A stretch of DNA of 64,000 nucleotides from Histomonas meleagridis 2922-C6/04-290x (lineage: Eukaryota; Protista; Parabasalia), in contig JAANOX010000126.1 in NCBI GenBank assembly GCA_020184695.1, positions 1-64,000 of the forward strand, in the 5' to 3' direction. The position numbers and the translations under genes are program-made. Shown here one piece after another: positions 32,341-43,800 of this stretch (position 1 is its first letter; the number at the start of each line of letters is the position of its first letter). The notes under the pieces are model-generated. The model searched no databases. It was not told the origin of the DNA and saw only the letters and a program-made list of their open reading frames with translations.

Positions 32341-34378
32341 ATGATAAACAAGAGCATTCCAAACAACGTTACCACTTCAAATGAACTTGAAAGAAAAGAT
32401 AAATCACCTATACAAGGATCAAATAGCATGGAAACATTGAAATCACTTCAACAAATCATATTCAACTTAAATAAAAAAACTCTTGATAAAGCAGTTCAAC
32501 AAACAATGGAATTATACGATCAAAATTTTCCATATTCATATAATTTTATAATAAGCAACATGCTATTCACTATGTTTTGCATACAATTTAATTCAGGTGA
32601 TTTATTATTAAATTATTTAAAATCTATTCAATCAAAAGAAGAAGAAATAAAAATTAAACCCAAAATAATTAAAATTTTTAGTGAATATCTATGTAAAGAC
32701 AAATCCAAAGAATCATATTATTTAATTGAGAAAATGATAGAACAAAATTTACTTGATAAAAGCATTACTAAAAATCTTCAATCAGACTATTTTGTGCATT
32801 ATAAAACAAACCCTGATATCGTTAATAAATTTGGAGAACTTTCAAAGAATGATTGGGCACTTCATAAGCAATTAATCAAAGAAGGGCATAATCCGAATGA
32901 AATTGCGAAAATTCTTCGAAATGATGAAATCGAAAAACTTCAAGAAATATCATCACAAAATGATTTTAATTATAATCAAACAATTGAACCATCACCTTAT
33001 GAAAGATGTTCATTTATTAATCAAGAAAATGTTACATTAATTGATTATGCAGCGTTTTTTGGATCAATTAAATGTTTTAAATATTTACTTATGAACAACG
33101 CAAACGTTGAAGATACAGGTAAATATGCAGTTGCAGGTGGAAATATAGAAATCATTCATTTGTGTGAACAAAATCATTCGTCATTTGAAAATGCATATGA
33201 AACAGCAATTAAATTTCATCGAAATAATATCTTTAAATATCTTTATGAAAATAAGTTAGAAAATTTGCCTGCAGAATTTGGTGAAAATAAAAACAAAAAA
33301 TTTAATTATTTAGGAAATAATTGTATATCATGTGATAATTATGAAATTTTCTGCTTTTTAGAAGCAGAAGGAATTAAAGACTATAAATATATTATTAATT
33401 ATGTGGCATGTAAAGGAAATTTACTTCTAGTAAAGTATTTCCTTGAAAATAACTTAACTACAAAAGAAATTTTGATATCATCATCAATATCAGGAAATAT
33501 TGAACTTGTTAAATATCTTCTTGAACAAGAAGGAATTGATATTAACACTAAAAATATTTATTTGTTTTATTTGAAATTTATTTTAATATTTTTGGATAAC
33601 AAAATAATATTTGGAAATTATATAAATTATTTAAAACATCACTTATGATAGCATCTGCAAAAGGTCATACAGAAATAGTTAAATTACTCCTTGAACAAAA
33701 AGGAATTGATATTAATGCCAAAGATATATATTTGTTTTATTTGAAATTTATTTTAATAATTTAGAATTTCAAAATAATATTTGGAAATTATTTAAATTAT
33801 TTAATACAGCACTTATTAGAGCATCTGATGAAGGTTATACAGAAATTGTTAAATTACTTCTTGAACAAAAAGGAATTGATATTAATGCTAAAGATATAAA
33901 TTTGTTTTAATTTGTATTTATTTTAATAATTTTATGTTTCAAAATAATATTTGAAAATTATTTAAATTATTTCAAACAGCACTTATAAAGTCGTCATGGA
34001 ATGGTCATACAGAAATAGTTAAAATACTTCTTGAACAAAAAGGAATTAAAATTAATGATAAAGATATTTATTTGTTTTATTTTATATTTGATTTTAGATT
34101 TCAGAATTTCAATATAAAATTCGGAATACATTTAAATTATTTAAAACAGCTCTTATGTGGGCATCTGATTGCAATTGTATTGACGTAGTTAAATTATTTA
34201 TTGAACACAATGAAATCGATATCAACGCAAAAGATATTAGTTTATTTTAACTATTGTTTACTTTAATAAAATTATGTTTCAATTTAAAATTTGGAAATGA
34301 TTCATATTATTTCGAACTGCATTTATTTTTGCACAACTTAGAGGTAACACGGATATTGCTATATTACTTCAAAAATAA
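32341..34378 (+). CDS. DUF3447-like + ankyrin-repeat gene whose five C-terminal repeats are separated by 80-nt frame-breaking spacers
   Basis: The N-terminal ORF has TLIDYAAFFGSIKCFKYL and AVAGGNIEIIHLCE. Open ankyrin modules follow at 33633, 33803, 33973, 34143 and 34313, ending in a capping repeat and TAA at 34376-34378. The ORF track stops at 33648 inside the first interrupted repeat. Confidence 0.75.
33556..34315 (+). repeat. 170-nt-period tandem array: 90-nt ankyrin module + 80-nt AT-rich spacer (spacers 33556-33635, 33726-33805, 33896-33975, 34066-34145, 34236-34315)
   Basis: Counted by hand: exactly 80 nt between the (D/N) codon of INxK(D/N) and the Thr codon of T-x-L/F in all five units. 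Approximate consensus ATWTATTTGTTTTAW...TTTTAATAATTT...AAAATAATATTTGGAAATTATTTAAATTATTT. Confidence 0.92.
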
Positions 34379-34703
34379 GATGACATAAGCAATTACAAGT
34401 ATTCAACCTTTTCATGATTTCTGTAATGTAAAATCTTTTGTCTTGTATGCAATTCTATTTATTTTCTTTCAATTATATTACTTCAACATATATATGGAGT
34501 TAAAAAGCTTTTTATGTTTTTTAAACATTGTTCATATAAATAATAAATTTATTAAATTTAAGCTTAAATTTAAGCTTCCAGAAGAAAACAGAAAAGACCA
34601 ATAACATATTGAACAAACAAAATAAAATTATAAATGTATACATTTGAATTAATTACACAGAAAGTGACATATTTTTCTATTTATTTTAATCGTTCGATAT
34701 ATT

Positions 34704-37085
34704 TTAGAAAGACAAAGTTTGCATAATTTCTTCACTTAAATCCTTTGATTCACTTCTTATTGCTATCCTACATACCACACCTTTACCTCTTGCAATACCA
34801 AGTTGCACCAACACGAACAAATTCTTATCCTTAATATCCTTTCCGTAAAACAAAATTGTTGTTTTCTTTGAATCCTTTTCTTCCATCACTTTATACAGCC
34901 TAATCTCTGCTTCAACTCTCTCTATTCCTTGTGCCGTATTACGAGCGTTTTGTACTTGAAACACTGAGACCACTTCAGATTGTGCCATGCTTGCATATAA
35001 TTCTTCATATTGATTAATTTTTTGGCTTCTAAACCAAGTGTTTATCCCCAAGACAACTTCATTTAATTCCCATTGATCTTTATCAGTTTCATCTTCTTGT
35101 GAGTAAACCAACAAAGCACGATAACGGCCGAATATCATTGAATTTTTTCTATTCAAAATACAACACATCGAGCCGGTTTCTTTGAATTTAATTGAATCGG
35201 CTTCTGTCGTTTCGATAACGTCAATTCCGTCCAGAAAAACCGACACGTTTGTGATGTTTACATCTTCGATAGTGTTTGTACAAATGAATTCAAGAACGAT
35301 CACTTTTGGAAACACGTTAACGAAATAAGAAACGACGAAATCAGAATCAGAATCAGTCACATCGAAAGAGTCCGACTTATATTCGATTTTCCCATATTTC
35401 TCGAATTCGGGATTCATTGAAACGGGTATAAAGCCTTCTGAAATTACCACGTTTTCATTATTTTCATTGTTTGTAATAACTTCAGAAGATTTTTCTTCTT
35501 TACATTCGATAATGAAATCGGTGAACATTGACGACATATCAATGTTATTCTTCAAAGCGTTTAAGAACAAAATTACTTCTTCTCGAAGTGAGTCATCTTC
35601 ATCTGTTTGGAATAGTTCTAACAAAGGAATAATTTTTTGTTTGATTTCATTCCCATGTGAATAAGCAATCATTGCTAATGTGTTCACAGCTGCCATTCGA
35701 ACAGAAGAAACGTCCAAATTAATACGATTAAACAGAACAGGTATTAATGAACTTGGATCTTCCATTTGTTTACATTCCTTACCTATAAAGTCACATATTA
35801 TACGTGCTATAGATACTGCGTCCCAATCTTCTAAATACTCCGAAAGCCTTGGTAACAAATGCTTACGTGGAATTCCTTCTGTAGTTAACAATGATCTTAA
35901 GATCGAAAACTTACTCGGAAGATCAGATGCAACACGTAATAAAAATACTGATACATCCGTAAGACGTTCGTTATGATATTTGCTCGCAAATTTGCAGCTT
36001 TCTTCTGCAACTGCACGTAATAATGGCGCAGCCCATTTGCGACAACTTTTAAGGATTCGTTTGGTGATTAAATCAACATGTGATTCGTCGCCAAGCTTTA
36101 AAACACAGATGGACGCATTCGCTGCTAATGACGTGTTAGGGCTTTTCATTAATGAGATGATTTGTGGTAATAATGATGTGTATTGTTGGATGTTATTGGA
36201 ATTAGCAATGGTTCGTACTGCTGAAAAACATTTGATGTTCGTCCCACGTAATAAATATGATAATACTTCCACGCTAATGGATGACAACTCTTCAGGTGAA
36301 CGCCGAAGTGCTTCAAGTCGGACTATGGGTGATCCGGTTGTCATACATCGCTTTAAATATTCAACAACTGATGGATTGGATTTGACTTTAAGAGACTGTG
36401 ATGCTATAGCAATTGAGATATATTGTTCAAGTTGTGTTTTGGGATCTTCTAATGACGATGCTAATTGTGCAGATGCATAACCGTCTTCGCTTTTAAGCGC
36501 ATAGAGTAGTAATAATGCATGGAAGCGTGTGGCACGGTTCGTGGACTTGGAGGCTTGGCGGATTTCTGGTAACCATCGGAGAACTGCATCTTTACGACCA
36601 CCTTCTATAAGGTGTAATGCACCTAATAAGGCAGCAGATGATGTGTATGGGACTTGTGATATAATAGAAAGCTTAAGATAACGCTCAAGTGAAAGTACAT
36701 TATTGGGTTCAAGAATGGCACAAAGACATCTAATTGCATGGCCTTGTGGAAGAGCTTGTGTACCTCCTATGTCTTTAGAAAGAGAATGTGTGATAATAAT
36801 ACTGTCATGCGTATTAACAGGTATTTCTTTTAATAAAAGAATAAGAAGTCGATGAATGTATGTGTCTTGACTATGGAATAGCTGAGTTAGTGAAAAAAAG
36901 ATTTCTGTTCGCTCTTTTTCAGTAAATTCAACATTTTGTGCAATTGCTTGAAGAATGGAAATCATAGCGGATCGACAACGTGGAAGATTTAATGTTACAT
37001 CACGGAACGCACGACAACGACTGACAACTGTAGTTGTTGATATTTCTTTTCGTTCTTTTGAAGCTCCGCCTTTAGGCATATACAT
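34704..37085 (-). CDS. COPG: Coatomer subunit gamma
   Basis: Motifs: TTVVSRCRAFRD, FTEKERTEIFFSLTQLFHSQD, QGHAIRCLC, LFNRINLDVSSVRMAAV and DEDDSLRE, plus a C-terminal appendage domain. Confidence 0.9.
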   Translation of the reverse strand: MYMPKGGASKERKEISTTTVVSRCRAFRDVTLNLPRCRSAMISILQAIAQNVEFTEKERTEIFFSLTQLFHSQDTYIHRLLILLLKEIPVNTHDSIIITHSLSKDIGGTQALPQGHAIRCLCAILEPNNVLSLERYLKLSIISQVPYTSSAALLGALHLIEGGRKDAVLRWLPEIRQASKSTNRATRFHALLLLYALKSEDGYASAQLASSLEDPKTQLEQYISIAIASQSLKVKSNPSVVEYLKRCMTTGSPIVRLEALRRSPEELSSISVEVLSYLLRGTNIKCFSAVRTIANSNNIQQYTSLLPQIISLMKSPNTSLAANASICVLKLGDESHVDLITKRILKSCRKWAAPLLRAVAEESCKFASKYHNERLTDVSVFLLRVASDLPSKFSILRSLLTTEGIPRKHLLPRLSEYLEDWDAVSIARIICDFIGKECKQMEDPSSLIPVLFNRINLDVSSVRMAAVNTLAMIAYSHGNEIKQKIIPLLELFQTDEDDSLREEVILFLNALKNNIDMSSMFTDFIIECKEEKSSEVITNNENNENVVISEGFIPVSMNPEFEKYGKIEYKSDSFDVTDSDSDFVVSYFVNVFPKVIVLEFICTNTIEDVNITNVSVFLDGIDVIETTEADSIKFKETGSMCCILNRKNSMIFGRYRALLVYSQEDETDKDQWELNEVVLGINTWFRSQKINQYEELYASMAQSEVVSVFQVQNARNTAQGIERVEAEIRLYKVMEEKDSKKTTILFYGKDIKDKNLFVLVQLGIARGKGVVCRIAIRSESKDLSEEIMQTLSF

Positions 37086-37808
37086 TCAAACAAAGCATGT
37101 CAATTTATAATACTAAAAAAAAATGTTTCTTCACTGTTTTCTGATATATAATTAATCGTTATGCATTAGCATATTCATTGTTTTAGATTAACAACACAAA
37201 AAAAATCATTACTTGAAATGAACATTTTATTTAAATAATTTCTTTTTTTAGAAAATACTCTAAAAGAAAAGGATTATGACCATAAAACCGACCAAGCGAA
37301 TGCAAGTTAAGTTTGAATTTTTCGTATTGTTTCTATTTAATTTCAAACGCCATTTTAAAAGTATACCTATTAGAGCTATAAGCCTGAACTTTAATGTTGT
37401 CTTTGCATAGAGTTAGTTGTTTATGGTGATGATAAATGACCTGGGAGCGCTTTCGGTGAAAAAAAATTCATGCAGTTAACCATTTTACTACCATTCAAAT
37501 TTTCAATTATCATTCAATCGATCAAAACCAATTACTTGTTATGAAATAACGCCACTTTTCTCAGAAAAATTGTTGTTTCAAATTTTATTAATGACTTTTT
37601 GACAAAATAACTCCTTGTCATTTTGGTCAAACAAGCTTAGATTGCAATAAAATTTCTCAAGATTGGTGTTTAAAGATAACTTAGGTTATAGATTTTGTAA
37701 TATATTTTATTTAATAGTTTTTTCTAAACACTTCTGCTTTCTTTTCTTGTTTTTAATATTAAATCTAGTTAGATATACTAATTTTTTTGCTTTATTTCTT
37801 TCAATGAA

Positions 37809-40800
37809 ATGATTATTCAATTTTCATTGGGATCTGTTTTTTGCAAAGAAAAAGTTAAGACAAGAAAAATAATTCCAATGATACCAATACTTCCAATAAT
37901 ACCAAGAAAAGGACCAAAATCTGATTCATTTGAAGATATAACTTTATTTTGGTTTAAAAGGTGTAATCAAAAAATATCTGATATTATCAAAGAATTCCCT
38001 TTTCTTAAACCAATTCTCTTCGATTATTCTGATAAATCTATTAACTCAAAGCTTTTAAAAGGAAAGAAAAAGGATAAGCAAGCAATAATAAAAATATTGG
38101 AACTCGAAAATAAGCCAGCACAACAAATGTTTGATGTTTCAAGAACCTTATTAGAAAATATAGCAACACTCAAATCTAGTTCACATGCATTTGATGTTGT
38201 TCTCCCGATGTTATACAGATTCTTAATCAATTATACTATTTATGCTCAAAATGTTTTGACGAAAAATACTTATTTTTCAAATGAGCAAATATCATCGATT
38301 AATGATGGTCTAACCATTTTTTCTCTTTTCTATGCTCTTCCACCGGATTCATCTAAAGATTCTCTTGTTATCATTGGCTTATTTCATGAATTTCTATCAA
38401 AATATATCCTTGAATTAAACAATACACTCGTTGAATCGATACGCTTATACATTTGTGCCTTCTTAAAAGTTACAATTTCCACATTACAAAAGAATTCTTC
38501 TTCTTCATTATTTATTAAGCAATATTCTTTCCTTACAACAATGTATTCATATTCCATCAACCTTTTTGACAAAGGTAATTTTACACGTGAAGAATATGAT
38601 CTTTGCTATTCTGTTGGAAATGTAATATTAAAATTATCGTCAGAAGATTCCACCAAATATAAGAACGAAATAATAAAGCCATTTGTTGCATCCACCGTAG
38701 GTATGGTCCAAAAACTTATTAATATTAATCCATCACCAGATGATAAATTTTATGTATTTGACTGCATATCAGGATTTCTAGGTTTTTTGTTTAACATATC
38801 AAAAATCGTTGATATCTCAGAATTTATCTCCGAAAGTGAAATTCTTGATATTTTTATTTGCTCATTTTTATGGGTTAAAACCAACTTCTTAACGTTCTCC
38901 TCAAAAAGCACCAAAATTCCACATAAAACACTTGAGTTTACTGACACCAGTAATTTAGTCTATAAAGAAATCCCTGATTTTCAATGGATTAAATATAAAA
39001 GTTCCAATGAAAACTTTGAAATTGATACATCAACATTTAATGGACCATTAGATGTTCCTGAAGCACATGCTCGACTTTTCTTATCAATAATTTCTAATTT
39101 TAGTAATACGCCATATAAATATTCCATTATAAAAAGTATGATTCAATTATTTAAGACATCAAATGAGAAATCCACAAAAGAAAACTCATTAATAATTTAT
39201 TTTATTGTACGATTTTTCTTAAATTATGATCAACAATTAATAAATCAAGTGTTTACAGAAGAGAATTTTTGGGAAACACTTATGACATGTTATTTATTTA
39301 ATCGATTTCATACATTTATACAATCCGAAAATGGGGACATGAAATTTTATCAGAAAATTCGATTAGGGATTTATAATATTATATTAACATGTTTAGAAGT
39401 ATCAAATGAAGAACAAACAATTGAAATATTAAATTCGATCGGATCATTAACACAAATTGCAGGACCTGAATTATCTTTATCTATAGCAAAGTTATATCGA
39501 AGTGTATTACAAATTAATAAGCCTGATTTTTATATATCAATATATCAATCGAACTTGATAAATAGTTATTATAATTATCAATATAAATTACAATTAATCT
39601 TTTTAAGGACTAAAAGTAATAAACAAAAAGAACATGTAATTAAAAACAGAGTAAATTTGTTTTCAATTCATTCAGTGTTTTTAGAAAATAAAGAAACTAA
39701 ATTAATATTAATATCATCATTAGGATTTATGCAATTTATGTTTCATTTACTTTATGAAGAACAATTTAAAGAACATGCACTTAAATTATTACAAAAGGCT
39801 ATAGTTATTGATGAAGAAGAAGCTTTAAATATCGATGGTAATAAGATTTTACCATTTAGAAACTTCTTTAAATTATTTGGTACTATAATAAATCATTCAG
39901 TTGAAAACATAGAAAATGAAGATTCATATAAATTAATTAATGATTTAATCGTTTTATTAAAGAATGCAATTATAACAAAACGTAAAACTTTAATGAATCA
40001 ATTTAATAAATTTGATATATTACCATTTTTATTAAATATATCAAAAAGTATTATAGATAAAATAGGTCAAGAATCAAAACCTTATATGATTAATTTAGTT
40101 AAAATAATATCACAAATTTCTCGATCTGATCATACATATCAAAAAATATTATATTGTAAACCATTACGAATATTAGAAAAAGTATCAAATTTATTATCAC
40201 GAATTACATTTGAAGAAGATATAATTGAAATTTTACTTGCAACAATCTTCGAAGTTAATATGAAACTTAATGAATTACCGAAATTTGTCGAAATTAAATT
40301 CTATAAAGCATTATTATATTTACATTTATCAACAGTACATTTACCAAATTATCATTCGATTTTAATGAATTTCTTATCATCGATAAGTGAAAATTCATTT
40401 ACAAATTGTTTACATATATATAAAAGTAAATTATTATTATCATTAATTGATTATATTAAGAATTATCCTGATTTATCTATAATATCTGATGATCGAATTT
40501 CATCAGTATTTTCTTCATTAGGTTTATTTTATACAGTTTCATCTTTCATAATGAAACCAAGAGTATTTATTGAAACGACACAATTATTTAAACCTTTAGA
40601 TGGTAAACGTGTATGGTGGACTAATAATTTCATTAATGGATTTCATAATATATTAGAACAAGATAAATCTCATTTACCTTCTTCTTTTATACATTTTAGT
40701 GGTTCTAATACAGGTTTAATGTTACCTAAAATTCAAAACACAAATATATCAAAAGAATTTTCATTTGTTACACGTTTTAATATTGATATGACACATTATG

Positions 40801-43800
40801 ATCAAGATAAAGAACCTCGTTTATTATCTCTTAAATCTACAAATGATTCTATAATCGAAATAATATTTAGAAATGAAGCACTTTATATAGATATTAAATT
40901 TGGTAAAAAGAAACAAAAAATTGTTTCAAATAAATTAGAATTTGATATAAAAACAAATATTTGGTATACATTTGGATTATCATATCAAAATGGTGACTTC
41001 AAAATCTTTATAGATGGGAATAAAATTAATTCATTTTCAATCTCAAACTTAAAACTTGAAAATATTGATCAATGGAATATTGCGAAGTCTATTTTAAATG
41101 ATTGTTCATTAACATGTAATATTAGTATTATATATTTATTTTCACAATATTTAAATAGATCGATCATGAAATCGATTTCTAATTTACCATTAGATTATAT
41201 TTATTCATTTGTCCCTTCAAATATTAATTTATTCCCATCAATGTCTCAATCATTATTTAATGGTGATTTAGAATCATCACTTTTATTATGTTATAATTCT
41301 CGAATGACATTAGGTAAATCAATGTTTAACTTATCACAAAAAAGTAATGAAAACGCACAATTTGATGGTGATATTGTACCATTTTCTTCTACATTAATTA
41401 GTGATATGTTTAATATGGGAGGAATTCAACAACTTATACCTTTGTTTGAACAAGTTGATTTACCTTTAATATCAAATAAAGGTAATAATGATGCATTAAA
41501 TTTCTTTAATTCATTAATTAATTTATTTGTAAGTTTTATATTATATTCAAAAGATTTCGAAGATTTATTCTTTAGTTCAAATGGAATGAAATCATTTTCT
41601 TATTTATTGACAACAATTGACCCAAAGAATTTAACAAAAGAATTTTTGTTTGGAATGTATAACTTATATTATTCACTTGTTTCTGAATCACATAAAGAAG
41701 AAATGATAAAAATGTTTTGGTTTAATTATAATATATGGAAAGGTAAAGATGAAACATATCATGAATCTTTAGTTATATCTGTATTACAAAAGATTTTAGA
41801 AAAGAATCCGACATTCTTTACAAGTATAATTAGTTTTTCATATATATTTACTTATATTAATTTAATGAATGAAGTTGAAAAACGTGAAAAATATTGGCCA
41901 TTTTTAATATTATATGCAAGTAAACAATTCACGTTAAATGAACAAGAATTTATGTATCAAAGTTGTTTCACATTAACAAATTTAATTGTTAAATTAGAAG
42001 CTTTAAATGTTTTATATGCATTATTCTCACAACGTATATTTGATTGTCATTTATTATTTTCAAATAAGAAATATTATTATTCATTTATTAAATTTGCTTC
42101 AGAACCTATTGAAGAATTAAGAATTATTGGATTAAAGTTTATAGTTTTAGCTTATCAACATTTAACACAAGGTTTTATTACTAATTTACCACCAATGACT
42201 GAAACGATTAACAATTATATAAATATTTATGATTTTGAAGATTTAACAGATAAAACTTGGAAAGAATCAATTGAATTATTCTTTAATCGTATTGAGTTAA
42301 TGAAATATATTTTACCGTTTATAGCATTTATCTCTCATAAATTTGAACCAGATCGAATTTTAGAGTTTTTAACTCAATTCAAGAATTATATTCAAACTAA
42401 AGATTGTGAACAATTAATAACTTCTGATTGTTATATTTATATCTTTTATTTATTTTTACAATTATCAAAACCTTTACTTAATTTAGAAACAGATAAAAAC
42501 ATAAATTTAATTATTGATATTTATTCAACTATAATGATAAAATTAATTAATAATCAAAATTCTACACATTTACAATCAATCATTGGATTTTTCCATTTAA
42601 TTCAAATCAATAAGAAATGGAATATGATGTATTTATTAGATAAAATATTTGTTAAAGTTATTGAATCATTTGATACATTAAAAGAAAATATGTTAAATAT
42701 TATAATATCTGAAATATTTTCATTTTTATTTATAATACCAAATTATGATGAATCTTATTATAACATTGATTTTTATAATAAATTTTCAATTGTTATACCA
42801 ATTAAAAATGAAATTGAATTCGATACTAACTTTACATTAAAAGAATTTATTAATTCATTACAAACAACACAAACATTTTCTATTAAATCTTCATTATCTA
42901 TTCGATTATTTAATAATAATTGGATTGATTATGACTTAGCTTATAAGACATATAATTTAATAATTAAAGATATGAATTTAATGGAAAAACAAATTTTAAT
43001 TAATAAGAATCCATTTTTATTAGCAGAAATATTAACATATATATCAAGTAATTTAATACGTATTAATTATGATATTATATTTGAAATAATTAAAACATTA
43101 ATTAAAGTTTATTCTAAATTAAATAATGATTTATTTAATAAATGTGTATCAATATTTTCATCATATTTATATCCACTTTCATGTCAAAAAGAAACAGTTC
43201 AACCACATTTACAATATTTTGTTAATGAAATCTCACAAATTCATCAAAAGCAAAAAGAATCATTTAAATTTTTACCTGATTTTTATGGAATTATATCATC
43301 AGAATGGTTAACAAGTTTAACAACTATTTCAGAATCATATCAAATAATATATAATCAATTATTAAGTAAATCATTACAAAACATTATAAATTCACAAGTA
43401 TTTACTGAAAACTTAAAACATTATCCTGATATTGATGAAGATAATTTTTATAATATATATGAAGAACATAGTTTATCATTTATTCATAATGCTTATAGTT
43501 GTAGTAAATCATTTGAACATTTAAAGCGTGAATTAAATACAAATATTGATCGTAATAATAATGAAAATATTAAACAACATTGGAAATTATCATTAAAATT
43601 AGATGGATATTGGAGACATTGTCAAATTAAAGTTAATAATAATTTCGATTTACATCAAATGGCTTCGATTTTAAGGGATTCACGTACTAAAGAAGAAGCA
43701 GATACAACAATTCAACAATTAAATCTTAAAGATAATATGATAAATAATAATACTAATAATTTAGAATCAGAATCAATTGAAGATGTATCTACTGAAGAAG

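Noticed and set aside
33726-34145. Hairpins inside the ankyrin spacers (TTTGAAATT/AATTTCAAA in unit 2; ATTTTATATT/AATATAAAAT in unit 4)
   Set aside because: The stems lie in different registers in different units and are expected by chance in about 90% AT sequence; no conserved fold can be claimed without covariation analysis.
33556-34315. CRISPR-like or satellite interpretation of the 170-nt array, or canonical GT-AG/AT-AC introns
   Set aside because: The intervening modules are ankyrin-coding, not unique spacers, and no cas genes are present. No GT-AG or AT-AC pair restores the frame in all units; unit 1 has no AG.
37420-37520. GTGATGA box-C-like motif suggesting a C/D snoRNA
   Set aside because: There is no CTGA box D at a suitable distance and no terminal stem.
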